64,000 bases of DNA, taken from the NCBI GenBank assembly GCA_018240585.1, contig JAFEFM010000540.1:5198-69197 (forward strand), in the 5' to 3' direction. Below the pieces are notes generated by a model that saw only the letters and a program-made list of their open reading frames with translations, ran no database searches and had not been told where the DNA came from. The translations under genes were made by a program, and so were the position numbers. This DNA is from Pseudomonadota bacterium. Its GTDB lineage: Bacteria > Pseudomonadota > Gammaproteobacteria > Burkholderiales > Rhodocyclaceae. Below are positions 9,951 to 20,608 of this stretch, one piece after another (positions within the stretch are counted from its first letter, which is position 1; every line of letters begins with the position of its first letter).

Positions 9951-10729
9951 GCCGCCAGCCGCTGCGCATCGGCCTGTCGGCCCGCCTGATGCACAGCCCG
10001 CCGGCCGAACTCGGCTTTCCGGGCAAGACGCTGCAGTACCTCGAGCAATCGATGGCGCACTGGATCATGTCCCACGGTGCGCTGGCGCTCATGGTCCCGA
10101 CCATCGGCGAGCACCTGGGATTGCGGCGCGCGCAGATCTCGGTGCGCGACTATGTCAGCAGCCTCGACGGGCTGGTGCTGCAGGGCGGCGCGGACGTGAG
10201 CCCGTCGACTTACCACGAGGAGGCCCTGCGGCCGGACTGGACCGGCGATCGCGTGCGCGACCTCTACGAGATCGAACTGCTTTGGGAGTTTGTCATCCAG
10301 GGCAAGCCCGTTCTGGGCGTCTGCCGCGGGGCGCAACTCATCAATGTGGCCTGTGGCGGCACGCTGTGGCAGGACATCACGGAATATGTGCCAGGAGCGA
10401 TCGCACACCGCAGCGAGGACCTCTACGATCGACACTACCACTGCGTCGACTTCGCGCCCGGCAGCCGGCTTGCGAATCTGTACCCGGAGCGCACGGGCGG
10501 CCGCGTCAACAGCATCCACCATCAGGCTGTGCGCGAACTTGGCGCCGACCTGCAGGTCGAGGCCCGCTCGGCGGGTGACGGCGTGATCGAGGCGATCCGC
10601 TGGCGGGGCTCCAGCTACCTCTTCGGCTGCCAGTGGCATCCCGAGTTCCAGCGCGGAGACGGCGATCTGCTGGACGGCAGCCCCATCATGCAGGACTTCC
10701 TCGAGGCTGCGGAACACGCACGCGCGTGA
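9947..10729 (+). CDS. Gamma-glutamyl-gamma-aminobutyrate hydrolase-like (peptidase C26, class I GATase)
   Basis: GGAGG RBS then GTG overlapping the ybdK stop; [15 protein letters not shown] (Cys), NSIHHQ, QWHPE (His-Glu). Confidence 0.88.
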   Translation: MSRQPLRIGLSARLMHSPPAELGFPGKTLQYLEQSMAHWIMSHGALALMVPTIGEHLGLRRAQISVRDYVSSLDGLVLQGGADVSPSTYHEEALRPDWTGDRVRDLYEIELLWEFVIQGKPVLGVCRGAQLINVACGGTLWQDITEYVPGAIAHRSEDLYDRHYHCVDFAPGSRLANLYPERTGGRVNSIHHQAVRELGADLQVEARSAGDGVIEAIRWRGSSYLFGCQWHPEFQRGDGDLLDGSPIMQDFLEAAEHARA

Positions 10730-10857
10730 TCGCAGTCACACCCCAGAACGCGACCGATTCCGTACCGGAGCGCTATGAGGATCGAACCGCTGGGGCACGC
10801 CCGTCATCCCCGCGGCGCCCTGCAAGGCTCATCCCACCTGCGGCCTCAAATGCGGGC

Positions 10858-10942
10858 GCCCCCAATCTGGCCCCCAAACCAAAATCGGCGGAGGAAAAGC
10901 AAAAAGGCCAGTCTTTCGACTGGCCTAAGTGCTTGATTCTAT
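10858..10942 (-). other. att-arm-like scar downstream of tRNA-Pro (IHF site, hairpin, direct repeats)
   Basis: AATCAAGCACTTA on the minus strand at 10926-10938 matches WATCAANNNNTTR; GGCCAGTC-TTTC-GACTGGCC hairpin with T-tract on minus; GCCCCCAA repeated at 10858 and 10870. Confidence 0.5.
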
Positions 10943-11020
<78 letters not shown>

Positions 11021-11032
11021 CACAGAAGCCGC

Positions 11033-11060
11033 ATTATAGCAGGCTATTCACGAATATCCA
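11033..11060 (-). promoter_or_regulatory. sigma70 promoter of tRNA-Pro
   Basis: TGGATA-16 nt-TATAAT followed by a GC-rich discriminator. Confidence 0.6.
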
Positions 11061-11079
11061 GTGCTTTAGGCCTAAACGT

Positions 11080-11460
11080 TCAACCCTTCAGCTCGGCCAA
11101 CGCGTCCGCCACATCGATCCGAAGTTCGGCCAGCAGTGCCTTGTAGCGTTCCACCTCGGTAAGTTCCTCCTGACGCTGGATCGCCGCCTCGCCCAGCCTG
11201 TTGCGCGCACCGGAGATCGTGAAACCCTCCTCGTACAGCAACTGCCGGATGCGCCGGATCAGGAGCACCTCATGGTGCTGGTAATAGCGGCGATTGCCCC
11301 GCCGCTTCACCGGCTTGAGCTGGGTGAATTCCTGCTCCCAGTAGCGCAGCACATGCGGTTTGACGCCGCACAACTCCGACACTTCGCCGATCGTGAAGTA
11401 ACGCTTGGCAGGAATCGGCGGCAACTGTGCCGAACTGACTTCAGGGCTGCTTGCTTGCAT
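11080..11460 (-). CDS. MerR-family transcriptional regulator (ihfA-linked)
   Basis: [28 protein letters not shown]; position between ihfA and tRNA-Pro. Confidence 0.9.
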   Translation of the reverse strand: MQASSPEVSSAQLPPIPAKRYFTIGEVSELCGVKPHVLRYWEQEFTQLKPVKRRGNRRYYQHHEVLLIRRIRQLLYEEGFTISGARNRLGEAAIQRQEELTEVERYKALLAELRIDVADALAELKG

Positions 11461-11746
11461 CGCTGAGTTGCTCCACTGCGGCCTTCAGCTTCTGACTGGC
11501 ATGGAAGGTTACGACACGACGGGCAGTGATGGGAATCTCCTCGCCCGTCTTGGGATTCCGCCCCGGGCGCTGCGGCTTGTCGCGCAACTGGAAATTGCCG
11601 AAACCGGAAAGCTTGACGCTGTCTCCGCGCTCGAGGGCGGTGCGGATTTCCTCGAAGAAACCCTCCACCATGTCCTTGGCTTCACGCTTGTTCAATCCGA
11701 CCTGCTCGAACAACAGATCGGCCAGTTCTGCCTTCGTCAGGGTCAC
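11441..11746 (-). CDS. ihfA: Integration host factor alpha
   Basis: GTG start (V)TLTKAEL; [16 protein letters not shown]. Confidence 0.95.
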   Translation of the reverse strand: MTLTKAELADLLFEQVGLNKREAKDMVEGFFEEIRTALERGDSVKLSGFGNFQLRDKPQRPGRNPKTGEEIPITARRVVTFHASQKLKAAVEQLSDASKQP

Positions 11747-11747
11747 G

Positions 11748-14138
11748 TCATTCTCCCGACCCACGCAGGCGTGCACCGAGCACGGATTCGGCCTGACGGA
11801 CGAGCGCCGACACCGCAGCATCGACCTCGGCGTCTTCGAGAGTGCGCTGAGTATCTTGCATCAACACCCTGAAAGCAAGGCTCTTCTTGTCCGGATCAAT
11901 GCCCTTGCCATGATAGACGTCGAACAGCGCGATCTCGCGCACGACGGCCGGCGCAGCCTCGCGCAGCACCTCGAGGGCACGCGCCACGCCGACGTCGAGC
12001 GCGACGACCAGCGCGAGGTCGCGAGTCACCGCGGGCATGCGGGAAATCTCGGCGTAGGCCGGCACCGTCGCGCCGAGCACAGCTTCCAGTTCGAGTTCGA
12101 ACACCACCGGCGCGCTGCCCATGTCGTAGCGCTGCACCCACACCGGATGCAGTTCGCCGACCATGCCGATGCTGCGGCCATCGAGCCGCACGGTGGCGGC
12201 CCGTCCCGGATGAAGCGCGGGATGCGACAGACGCTCGAAGCTCAGGGTTCGCGGCGCGAACAAGGCCTCGAGGTCGCCCTTCACGTCGTAGAAATCCACC
12301 TGGCGTGAGCGCTCACCCCACTGCTCGGGCAGCGCCGAGCCGGCGGCGAGGCCCGCCACCATCAGCGACTGATGAAACCCCGCCACCGGCACGCCGTCGG
12401 CCTTGCGCTCGAAGCACCGGCCGATCTCGAACACGCGCACGCGGTCGATCTGGCGCTTGCGGTTGGTCACCAGGTTCGCGGCGAGGCCGGGGATCAGGCT
12501 CGAGCGCATCACGCTCAATTGACTGGCGATCGGGTTGGCGAGGCGGATGGCGTTGTCGTTGGCGCAGAAGTCGCGTTCCCAAGCCTCCTCGACGAAGGCG
12601 AAGTTCACCACCTCCTGGTAGCCACGTGCGGCCAGCCGATGACGCACATCCCACACCGGTCGGCGATCCTCGGCGCTCGGCAGCATCATCAGCGATCCCT
12701 GCGGCGCCACCGCCGGGATGTTGTCGTAGCCATGCAGACGCGCGAGTTCTTCGATCAGGTCCTCCTCGATCTCGATGTCGAAGCGGAACGAAGGCGGCGT
12801 GACGAGGAAATCATCGCCCTCGCGCACAACCTGCAGATGCACTCGCTCGAGCAGCGCCTGGATGCCGCCGTCGTCGAGATGGATGCCCAGCAGGCGCCGT
12901 GCCCGTGCCGGACGCAGTCGCACGGCGGGCCGCAGCGGCAGATGGTCCCGGGCGACGGCCTCCTCAACCGGGCCGGCCTCGCCGCCACAGATGTCGAGGA
13001 TGAGCTGCGTGGCGCGCTCCAGCGCGGTGCGCGCGAGTTCGAAATCCACGCCACGTTCGAAGCGATGCGAGGCATCCGACGTGAAACCATAGGCGCGCGC
13101 GCGCCCGGCAATCGCCGCCGGAGCAAAGAAGGCGCTCTCGAGGAAGACTTCGGTCGTCTCGAGCGTGATGCCACTGTCCTCGCCACCCATGATGCCGGCC
13201 AACGCCAGCGCGCGGCGCTCGTCGGCGATGAGCAGGGTGTCGGCAGCCGGCGTGACCGTCTGCTCGTTGAGCAGCAGCACTTGCTCACCTGAAGCCGGAT
13301 AGCGCACGTGAATCGCACCGGCAAGTTTCGTATTGTCGAAGGCGTGCAGCGGCTGGCCGAGTTCCAGCATCACGTAGTTGGTGATGTCCACCAGCGCGCT
13401 GATGCTGCGGATTCCGCTGCGCACCAGGCGGCGCGCCATCCACTCGGGCGTCGCCGCCTTGGCGTCGACGCCACGCAGGATGCGGCCACAGTAGCGCGGG
13501 CAGGCATCCTGCGCGTCAAGGATGATCGCGCGGCGCGCATCGATGCTCGGCGCGACGGGAGCAACTTCAGGGAGATTCAGCGGCCGGCCGGTGATCGCCG
13601 CAAGCTCGCGCGCAACGCCGCTCAGGCTCAGGCAGTCGGCCCGGTTGGGCGTGAGCTTGATCGTGAACAGCGTGTCGTCCAGCCCGAGATAGTCGCGAAT
13701 GTCGGTGCCGACCGGCGCATCGGCGGGCAACGCATACAAGCCACCATGGTCGTCCGACAGGCCCAGCTCGCGTGCCGAGCACAGCATGCCGAAAGATTCG
13801 ACGCCGCGCAGCTTGGCCGCCTTGATCTCGAAGTCACCCGGCAGGCGCGCGCCCACCCGGGCACACGGCACCTTCATCCCGGCCGCGGCATTCGGCGCAC
13901 CGCAGACGATCTGCAGCAGCGCGCCGGTACCGGCGTCGACCTTGCACAGCTTGAGCTTGTCGGCGTTCGGGTGTTTGTCGGCCTCGACGATCTGCGCCAC
14001 CACCACGCCCGTGAACGCGGGCGCAGCGGGGTCGGCTTCTTCCACCTCGAGACCGGCCATCGTCAGCAGATGGCCGAGTTCGGCGCTGTCGAGTTGCGGA
14101 TCGACGAAAGTCCGCAGCCACTGTTCGGAGAATTGCAT
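11748..14138 (-). CDS. pheT: Phenylalanyl-tRNA synthetase beta subunit
   Basis: [30 protein letters not shown]-terminal anticodon-binding domain. Confidence 0.97.
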   Translation of the reverse strand: MQFSEQWLRTFVDPQLDSAELGHLLTMAGLEVEEADPAAPAFTGVVVAQIVEADKHPNADKLKLCKVDAGTGALLQIVCGAPNAAAGMKVPCARVGARLPGDFEIKAAKLRGVESFGMLCSARELGLSDDHGGLYALPADAPVGTDIRDYLGLDDTLFTIKLTPNRADCLSLSGVARELAAITGRPLNLPEVAPVAPSIDARRAIILDAQDACPRYCGRILRGVDAKAATPEWMARRLVRSGIRSISALVDITNYVMLELGQPLHAFDNTKLAGAIHVRYPASGEQVLLLNEQTVTPAADTLLIADERRALALAGIMGGEDSGITLETTEVFLESAFFAPAAIAGRARAYGFTSDASHRFERGVDFELARTALERATQLILDICGGEAGPVEEAVARDHLPLRPAVRLRPARARRLLGIHLDDGGIQALLERVHLQVVREGDDFLVTPPSFRFDIEIEEDLIEELARLHGYDNIPAVAPQGSLMMLPSAEDRRPVWDVRHRLAARGYQEVVNFAFVEEAWERDFCANDNAIRLANPIASQLSVMRSSLIPGLAANLVTNRKRQIDRVRVFEIGRCFERKADGVPVAGFHQSLMVAGLAAGSALPEQWGERSRQVDFYDVKGDLEALFAPRTLSFERLSHPALHPGRAATVRLDGRSIGMVGELHPVWVQRYDMGSAPVVFELELEAVLGATVPAYAEISRMPAVTRDLALVVALDVGVARALEVLREAAPAVVREIALFDVYHGKGIDPDKKSLAFRVLMQDTQRTLEDAEVDAAVSALVRQAESVLGARLRGSGE

Positions 14139-14191
14139 GATTCGTTTACCTGGATGGGCTTGCCTTGATGCGGATGCCGGGGCGGGCGCGG

Positions 14192-15298
<1,107 letters not shown>

Positions 15299-15318
15299 TC
15301 ATGCCGAGTAGAGTCGGC

Positions 15319-15678
15319 TTACGCAGCGAGTTTGGCCTTGGCTTGTTCGGCAATCGCCGCAAAAGCGGACTTGTCGAACACGGCCAGGTCGGCCAGGACC
15401 TTGCGGTCGATTTCGATCGCAGCCTTCTTCAGGCCATTCATGAAGGTGCTGTAGGTCAGGCCCAGTTCGCGGGCAGCAGCGTTGATACGCGCGATCCACA
15501 GGGCGCGGAACTGACGCTTGCGCTGACGGCGGTCGCGGTAGGCATACTGACCCGCCTTCATCACCGCCTGTTTGGCGATGCGATAGACGTTCTTGCGACG
15601 GCCGCGGTAGCCCTTGGCCTGGGAGAGGACTTTCTTGTGACGGGCGCGGGCGGTTACACCACGTTTAACGCGAGGCAT
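15319..15678 (-). CDS. rplT: 50S ribosomal protein L20
   Basis: [16 protein letters not shown]...DRKVLADLA. Confidence 0.98.
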   Translation of the reverse strand: MPRVKRGVTARARHKKVLSQAKGYRGRRKNVYRIAKQAVMKAGQYAYRDRRQRKRQFRALWIARINAAARELGLTYSTFMNGLKKAAIEIDRKVLADLAVFDKSAFAAIAEQAKAKLAA

Positions 15679-15690
15679 TGCGGTCTCCTA

Positions 15691-15888
15691 TCAAGCGTAA
15701 GGCAGCATGGCGCGGATCAGCTTCTCGTCGGCGACGTGCACTTCCGTCATGCCGCGAAGCTGGCGCTTGCTCTTGGTGGTCTTCTTGGTAAGGATGTGGC
15801 GCTTGAACGCCTGGGACCGCTTGATCCCACCGCTGGAGCGGACCTTGAAGCGCTTCTTCGCTCCGCTCTTGGTCTTCATCTTGGGCAT
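15691..15888 (-). CDS. rpmI: 50S ribosomal protein L35
   Basis: [14 protein letters not shown]...MLPYA. Confidence 0.98.
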   Translation of the reverse strand: MPKMKTKSGAKKRFKVRSSGGIKRSQAFKRHILTKKTTKSKRQLRGMTEVHVADEKLIRAMLPYA

Positions 15889-16034
15889 TGCTAAGACTCC
15901 GTGTTTTTGGATGCCGCCAGGTAGCGCCGAAACCAGCCGGCACGTTTTCAGACCTTGCAGCACTTGTTTTCCGTCGCACCGGTTTCCCGAAGCGCCGGTC
16001 TTGCCCCGTTACCGGGGCAGATCCTGCGAGCCGC

Positions 16035-16556
16035 TCAGCGGCTCTTCTTGGGCGCGATGACCATGATCATCTGGCGCCCTTCCATCTTGGGCATCTGCTC
16101 GACCTGACCCAGTTCTTCCAGGTCGGCCTTGATGCGCTCGAGCTGTCGCAGACCGAACTCCTGGTGCGCCATCTCGCGCCCGCGGAAACGCAAGGTCACC
16201 TTGCACTTGTCGCCTTCTTCCAGGAAGCGCTTCAGGTTGCGAAGCTTGATCTGATAGTCGTTCTCGTCGGTGCCGGGCCGGAGCTTGACCTCCTTCACCT
16301 GCACCTGCTTCTGCTTGAGTCGGGCTTCGTGGGCCTTCTTCTGTTCCTGATACTTGAACTTGCCGAAATCCATCAGCTTGCACACCGGCGGCTTGGCCAG
16401 GGGCGCGATTTCGACAAGGTCCAGCCCGGCCTCTTCAGCCATGCTTAGGGCCGCATGCACGGAAACGATACCGAGCTGTTCGCCTTCCTCGCCAACCAGC
16501 CGGATCTCAGGCGCGTTGATCTCCCCGTTTACGCGCTGCTTTTTTTCTTGAGCGAT
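16035..16556 (-). CDS. infC: Translation initiation factor IF-3 (non-AUG start ATC)
   Basis: In-frame [13 protein letters not shown]... begins at ATC 16556 downstream of GGAGAG; [25 protein letters not shown]. Confidence 0.92.
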   Translation of the reverse strand: MAQEKKQRVNGEINAPEIRLVGEEGEQLGIVSVHAALSMAEEAGLDLVEIAPLAKPPVCKLMDFGKFKYQEQKKAHEARLKQKQVQVKEVKLRPGTDENDYQIKLRNLKRFLEEGDKCKVTLRFRGREMAHQEFGLRQLERIKADLEELGQVEQMPKMEGRQMIMVIAPKKSR

Positions 16557-16583
16557 GGTTCAACTCTCCACGAAAACCAAAAA

Positions 16584-18500
16584 TCAGACCGTGCCGGCTT
16601 TCGCTTGAAGTTCGCGACGCCAACGTTCGATCAGCGAATCGAGGGACATTTGGCCAAGATCCTGGCCGCCTCGGGCGCGCACGGCAACGAGGCCCGCCGC
16701 CTTTTCCTTGTCGCCGATGACGATCTGGTACGGCAGCTTCTGCACGCTATGTTCTCGAATTTTATAGTTAATCTTCTCGTTGCGCAAATCGGCCTCGACG
16801 CGAAAGCCCGCCTTTTTCAGGGCTGCGACCACGCCGAGGGTGTAATCGGCCTGCGCTTCGGTGATGTTCATCACGGCAGCCTGCACCGGCGCCAGCCACA
16901 AGGGCATCGCGCCGGCGTGATGCTCGATCAGGATGCCGATGAAGCGCTCCATCGAGCCGACGATGGCGCGATGCAGCATGACGGGGAATTTCTTGGTGTT
17001 GTCCTCGGCGACGTATTCCGCCCCCAGGCGCACCGGCAGGTTGAAATCGAGCTGCAACGTGCCGCACTGCCACACGCGCTCGAGGCAGTCCTTCAGCGAA
17101 AACTCGATCTTGGGGCCGTAGAACGCGCCCTCGCCCGGCTGAAGCTCGTAGGCCAGCCCCTGGGCGTCGAGCGCCGCAGCCAGCGCAGCCTCGGCAGCGT
17201 CCCACTGCTCGTCCGAGCCGACACGCTTCTCCGGCCGCGTCGACAGCTTCACCAGAATGTCCTTGAAACCGAAATCCGCGTAGACCTTCTGCAGCAGCTC
17301 GATGAAGGCGGCGGATTCGGACTGCACCTGGCTTTCAGCGCAGAAGATGTGCGCATCGTCCTGTACGAAGTTGCGCACGCGCATGATGCCGTGCAGCGAG
17401 CCCGAGGGCTCGTTGCGATGGCAGGAGCCGAACTCGGCCATGCGCAGCGGCAGGTCGCGATAGCTCTTGAGCCCCTGATTGAAGATCTGGATGTGACACG
17501 GGCAGTTCATCGGCTTGACCGCGTAGTCGCGCTTTTCCGACTGCGTGGTGAACATGAGGTCGGAATACATGCCCCAGTGGCCCGACTTCTCCCACAGCGA
17601 GCGATCGACGATCTGCGGCGTCTTCACTTCCTGATAGCCGTGCTCGGCGATCGTGCGACGCAAATACTGCTCGACCTGCTGCCACAGCGTCCAACCCTTG
17701 GCATGCCAGAACACCATGCCCGGCGCCTCTTCCTGGATGTGAAAGAGATCGAGCGCACGACCGAGCTTGCGGTGGTCACGCTTCTCGGCCTCCTCGAGCA
17801 TGTGCAGGTAGCTGTCGAGTTCGTCCTTTTTTGCCCACGCCGTGCCGTAGACGCGCTGCAGCATCTCGTTTTTCGAATCGCCGCGCCAGTACGCACCCGC
17901 GAGCTTGGTGAGTTTGAACACCTTCAGCTTGCCGGTCGAGGGCACGTGGGGGCCACGGCACAGGTCGATGAAATCGCCCTGACGGTACAGGGACACGTCT
18001 TCGGCGGCCGGAATCGAGGCGATGATCTCCGCCTTGTAGTGCTCGCCGATGCCCTTGAAGAACGCCACCGCCTTGTCTCGAGGCCACACTTCACGGTGCA
18101 CCTGGATCTCGCGCCTGGCGATTTCCGTCATGCGCTTTTCGATCGCCTCGAGATCCTCCGGAGTGAATGGGCGCTTGTACGAGAAATCGTAGTAGAAGCC
18201 GTTGTCGATGACTGGACCGATCGTCACCTGGGCATCCGGGAACAACTCCTTGACCGCATGCGCCAGCAGGTGGGCCGTCGAGTGGCGAATGATCTCGAGG
18301 CCCTCGGCATTCTTGTCGGTGATGATGGCCAGCTCGGCATCGACATCGATGCGATGCGACAGGTCCACCAGCTTGCCGCCGAGGCGACCGGCAAGCGCTG
18401 CCTTGGCCAGGCCCGCCCCGATCGAGGAGGCCACCTCGAACACCGTCACCGGATGATCGAAGCTGCGGACGGAGCCATCGGGGAGTGTGATGTTGGGCAT
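16584..18500 (-). CDS. thrS: Threonyl-tRNA synthetase
   Basis: [12 protein letters not shown] domain, [30 protein letters not shown]. Confidence 0.97.
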   Translation of the reverse strand: MPNITLPDGSVRSFDHPVTVFEVASSIGAGLAKAALAGRLGGKLVDLSHRIDVDAELAIITDKNAEGLEIIRHSTAHLLAHAVKELFPDAQVTIGPVIDNGFYYDFSYKRPFTPEDLEAIEKRMTEIARREIQVHREVWPRDKAVAFFKGIGEHYKAEIIASIPAAEDVSLYRQGDFIDLCRGPHVPSTGKLKVFKLTKLAGAYWRGDSKNEMLQRVYGTAWAKKDELDSYLHMLEEAEKRDHRKLGRALDLFHIQEEAPGMVFWHAKGWTLWQQVEQYLRRTIAEHGYQEVKTPQIVDRSLWEKSGHWGMYSDLMFTTQSEKRDYAVKPMNCPCHIQIFNQGLKSYRDLPLRMAEFGSCHRNEPSGSLHGIMRVRNFVQDDAHIFCAESQVQSESAAFIELLQKVYADFGFKDILVKLSTRPEKRVGSDEQWDAAEAALAAALDAQGLAYELQPGEGAFYGPKIEFSLKDCLERVWQCGTLQLDFNLPVRLGAEYVAEDNTKKFPVMLHRAIVGSMERFIGILIEHHAGAMPLWLAPVQAAVMNITEAQADYTLGVVAALKKAGFRVEADLRNEKINYKIREHSVQKLPYQIVIGDKEKAAGLVAVRARGGQDLGQMSLDSLIERWRRELQAKAGTV

Positions 18501-18582
18501 GATTACGTGGCCTCGGAGCGTGATAGTGCTTTGGTGCTTTGTCTTCCAGACATCCGGCTCGATCACCGGATCGCCGTGGACG

Positions 18583-18613
18583 AAAAAAAAGCGCGGTCGA
18601 GGCGCGCTTTTTT
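18583..18613 (-). terminator. Intrinsic terminator downstream of tRNA-Val
   Basis: GCGCG-7 nt-CGCGC stem with A/T tracts on both sides. Confidence 0.65.
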
Positions 18614-18694
18614 CTCTAGCAGACAAGCGGAGCCGACCTGTTCAGTTTCCGGCCGTGAAACGAGTTCGGAACATGAAGATCAACCCCAGATGTT

Positions 18695-18771
18695 TGGTAG
18701 GCGCGATTGGATTCGAACCAACGACCCCCACCATGTCAAGGTGGTGCTCTAACCAACTGAGCTACGCGCCT
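18695..18771 (-). tRNA. tRNA-Val(GAC)
   Basis: 77 nt AGGCGCGTAGCTCAGTTGGTTAGAGC...GTTCGAATCC...CCA; anticodon loop TTGACAT. Confidence 0.97.
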
Positions 18772-18784
18772 GCTGAAGTCCCGC

Positions 18785-18812
18785 ATTATAGACATCGAAG
18801 AAGTCTTGTCAA
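18785..18812 (-). promoter_or_regulatory. Consensus sigma70 promoter of tRNA-Val
   Basis: TTGACA-16 nt-TATAAT plus GCGGG discriminator. Confidence 0.85.
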
Positions 18813-18854
18813 AGACTTTTTGCAATGTTGCAAGGCGCCCCAGCAACGCCCCGC

Positions 18855-19097
18855 TCACCTCTTCAGACGCGTCACCACGACGAGGATGATGATCGCACCG
18901 ACCACCGCGCCGACGAAGCCTGCCGGCTGCCCCGCCTGATAGATGCCGATCGCCTGGCCACCGAAGGTGGCGAGCATGGCGCCGGCGATGCCGAGAAGTG
19001 CAGTCATGATCAGGCCGACGCCGTCCTTGCCCGGGTGCAGCAGGCGAGCGACGAGGCCGACGATGAGGCCGATGATGATGGTACCGATGATGGACAT
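18855..19097 (-). CDS. GlsB/YeaQ/YmgE family stress-response membrane protein
   Basis: 80 aa, three Gly-rich TM helices (IIIGLIVGLVARLLHPG...GAVVGAIIIL); GGAG RBS. Confidence 0.85.
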   Translation of the reverse strand: MSIIGTIIIGLIVGLVARLLHPGKDGVGLIMTALLGIAGAMLATFGGQAIGIYQAGQPAGFVGAVVGAIIILVVVTRLKR

Positions 19098-19128
19098 GGA
19101 CGTTCTCCAGTGAGGGGGTTTTGTTGCG

Positions 19129-19917
19129 TCATGCCGCCGGCCATGCGGCCAGGAACTGCTTCCAGTGCGGCGCATCGATGCGCGCCAGCGTGTCGCGCAC
19201 CACCTGCACCTCCTGCGCCCAGGCCGTCGCGTCGAGGTGGCCGCGCATGCGCTGGAAGCGCAGATAGACGAGGTAGGTATTCACCACGTCGGTTTCGCAA
19301 TAATCGCGGATCTCGGCGATGCGGCCCTCCTGCCATGCCTGCCACACCGCCGACCCATCCATGCCGAGCTTGCCCGGATATCCCATCAGTTTGGCGAGCT
19401 CGTCGAGCGGCGCGTTGGCGCGCGGCTGATACATCGCCAGCAGGTCCATCAGGTCCAGATGCCGGGCGTGATATCGGCTGATGTAGTTGTTCCACTTGAA
19501 ATCGCGCGAATCGTTGTAGTCGCCTTCGCCCTGATCCCAGTAGCGCGACGCCGCCACCCCGTGCAGCATGCCGCGATAGTGCAGCACCGGGAGGTCGAAT
19601 CCCCCGCCGTTCCACGACACGATCTGTGGCGTATAGCGCTCGATGCCGTCGAAGAAGCGCTGGATGATCTGCCCCTCGCCACAATCCGGTTCGGACAGCG
19701 AGAACACGCGAAAATGGCTCGCATCGCGCAGGACGCAGGAAATCGTCACCACGCGCTGCAGGTGATGCGGCAGGAAGTCGCTGCCGTGGCTGACACGCCG
19801 CTGCTGAAAGGCGAACTCCGCCACCTCGGTCTCGGGAAGGTCCGCGGCAAGGTCGTTCAGCGCACGGATGCCGGAAATGTCCGGAATCGTCTCGATGTCG
19901 AAGACCAGCACCGGCAT
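19129..19917 (-). CDS. PolB-like stand-alone 3'-5' exonuclease (DEDDy)
   Basis: VFDIET (ExoI), WNGGGFDLPVL (ExoII), YCETDV (ExoIII). Confidence 0.85.
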   Translation of the reverse strand: MPVLVFDIETIPDISGIRALNDLAADLPETEVAEFAFQQRRVSHGSDFLPHHLQRVVTISCVLRDASHFRVFSLSEPDCGEGQIIQRFFDGIERYTPQIVSWNGGGFDLPVLHYRGMLHGVAASRYWDQGEGDYNDSRDFKWNNYISRYHARHLDLMDLLAMYQPRANAPLDELAKLMGYPGKLGMDGSAVWQAWQEGRIAEIRDYCETDVVNTYLVYLRFQRMRGHLDATAWAQEVQVVRDTLARIDAPHWKQFLAAWPAA

Positions 19918-20339
19918 CACTTCCTCACCCAGTTGCCGCCCGCCTGCACCCACCAGCCTGCCTGGGCGCGCTCGATCCATCGCTGTGCGAATGTCCGGCG
20001 CACGTCCGCCTCCCACTCGGGATGGCCGTTGGCACGCGCGATCTCCCGATAAAGCGCAGCGCGATCCGCGTTCTCCGCCGCCACCAGATTGCTCACCTGC
20101 CCGCGCTGGGCCAGCGGCACGCCTGACGCATCCCGCAGCGCGACCGTACCGTCCCCCGCAAGGCCGACGGCGCCCGAGGCGTAAAGCGGCGCAAGCTGGA
20201 GGTGCCTTTGCTGCATCGAGGTCCGCAACGCGGCGATGGCGGGAGTATCGATGTCGAGATTGCCCTGCGCACCTGCGGCACCGGGGAGCAGGCCTGCGAA
20301 AGCCAGCCACAGGATGCCGATCCATACCCTCACGCTCAT
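19917..20339 (-). CDS. YdbL-like (DUF1318) periplasmic protein
   Basis: Signal peptide; GAVGL..DG, VAAENADRAALYREIA, FAQRWIERA..GWWVQ..GNW. Confidence 0.8.
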   Translation of the reverse strand: MSVRVWIGILWLAFAGLLPGAAGAQGNLDIDTPAIAALRTSMQQRHLQLAPLYASGAVGLAGDGTVALRDASGVPLAQRGQVSNLVAAENADRAALYREIARANGHPEWEADVRRTFAQRWIERAQAGWWVQAGGNWVRK

Positions 20340-20566
20340 GGCTTCGCTCCTTCCGCATTCGAGCCCTGACCAGCCGGTTGTGCTTCGGACGGGCGCGGCG
20401 TCCTTCGGCCGTCCTGCAACTGCCAGACTTCGTCGATGATTTTGTCCGCAGCCTTCTCGGCGGCCGCCGCCGGGAAGTAGATGTTGATCGTGACGCAACC
20501 GGCCAGCAGAAGCAGCACGACCACGCCGGCGAGACGAGACAGCCGACGAGGCTTCATGTATGACAT
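20336..20566 (-). CDS. Small lipoprotein, YnbE-like
   Basis: Lipobox LAGC then VTINIYFPAAAAEKAADKII; sits between YdbH-like and YdbL-like genes. Confidence 0.7.
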   Translation of the reverse strand: MSYMKPRRLSRLAGVVVLLLLAGCVTINIYFPAAAAEKAADKIIDEVWQLQDGRRTPRPSEAQPAGQGSNAEGAKP

Positions 20567-20608
20567 CGAGTTCCCCCTTCCAGCCGCAAGGCATCGATCC
20601 GGTCGCCA

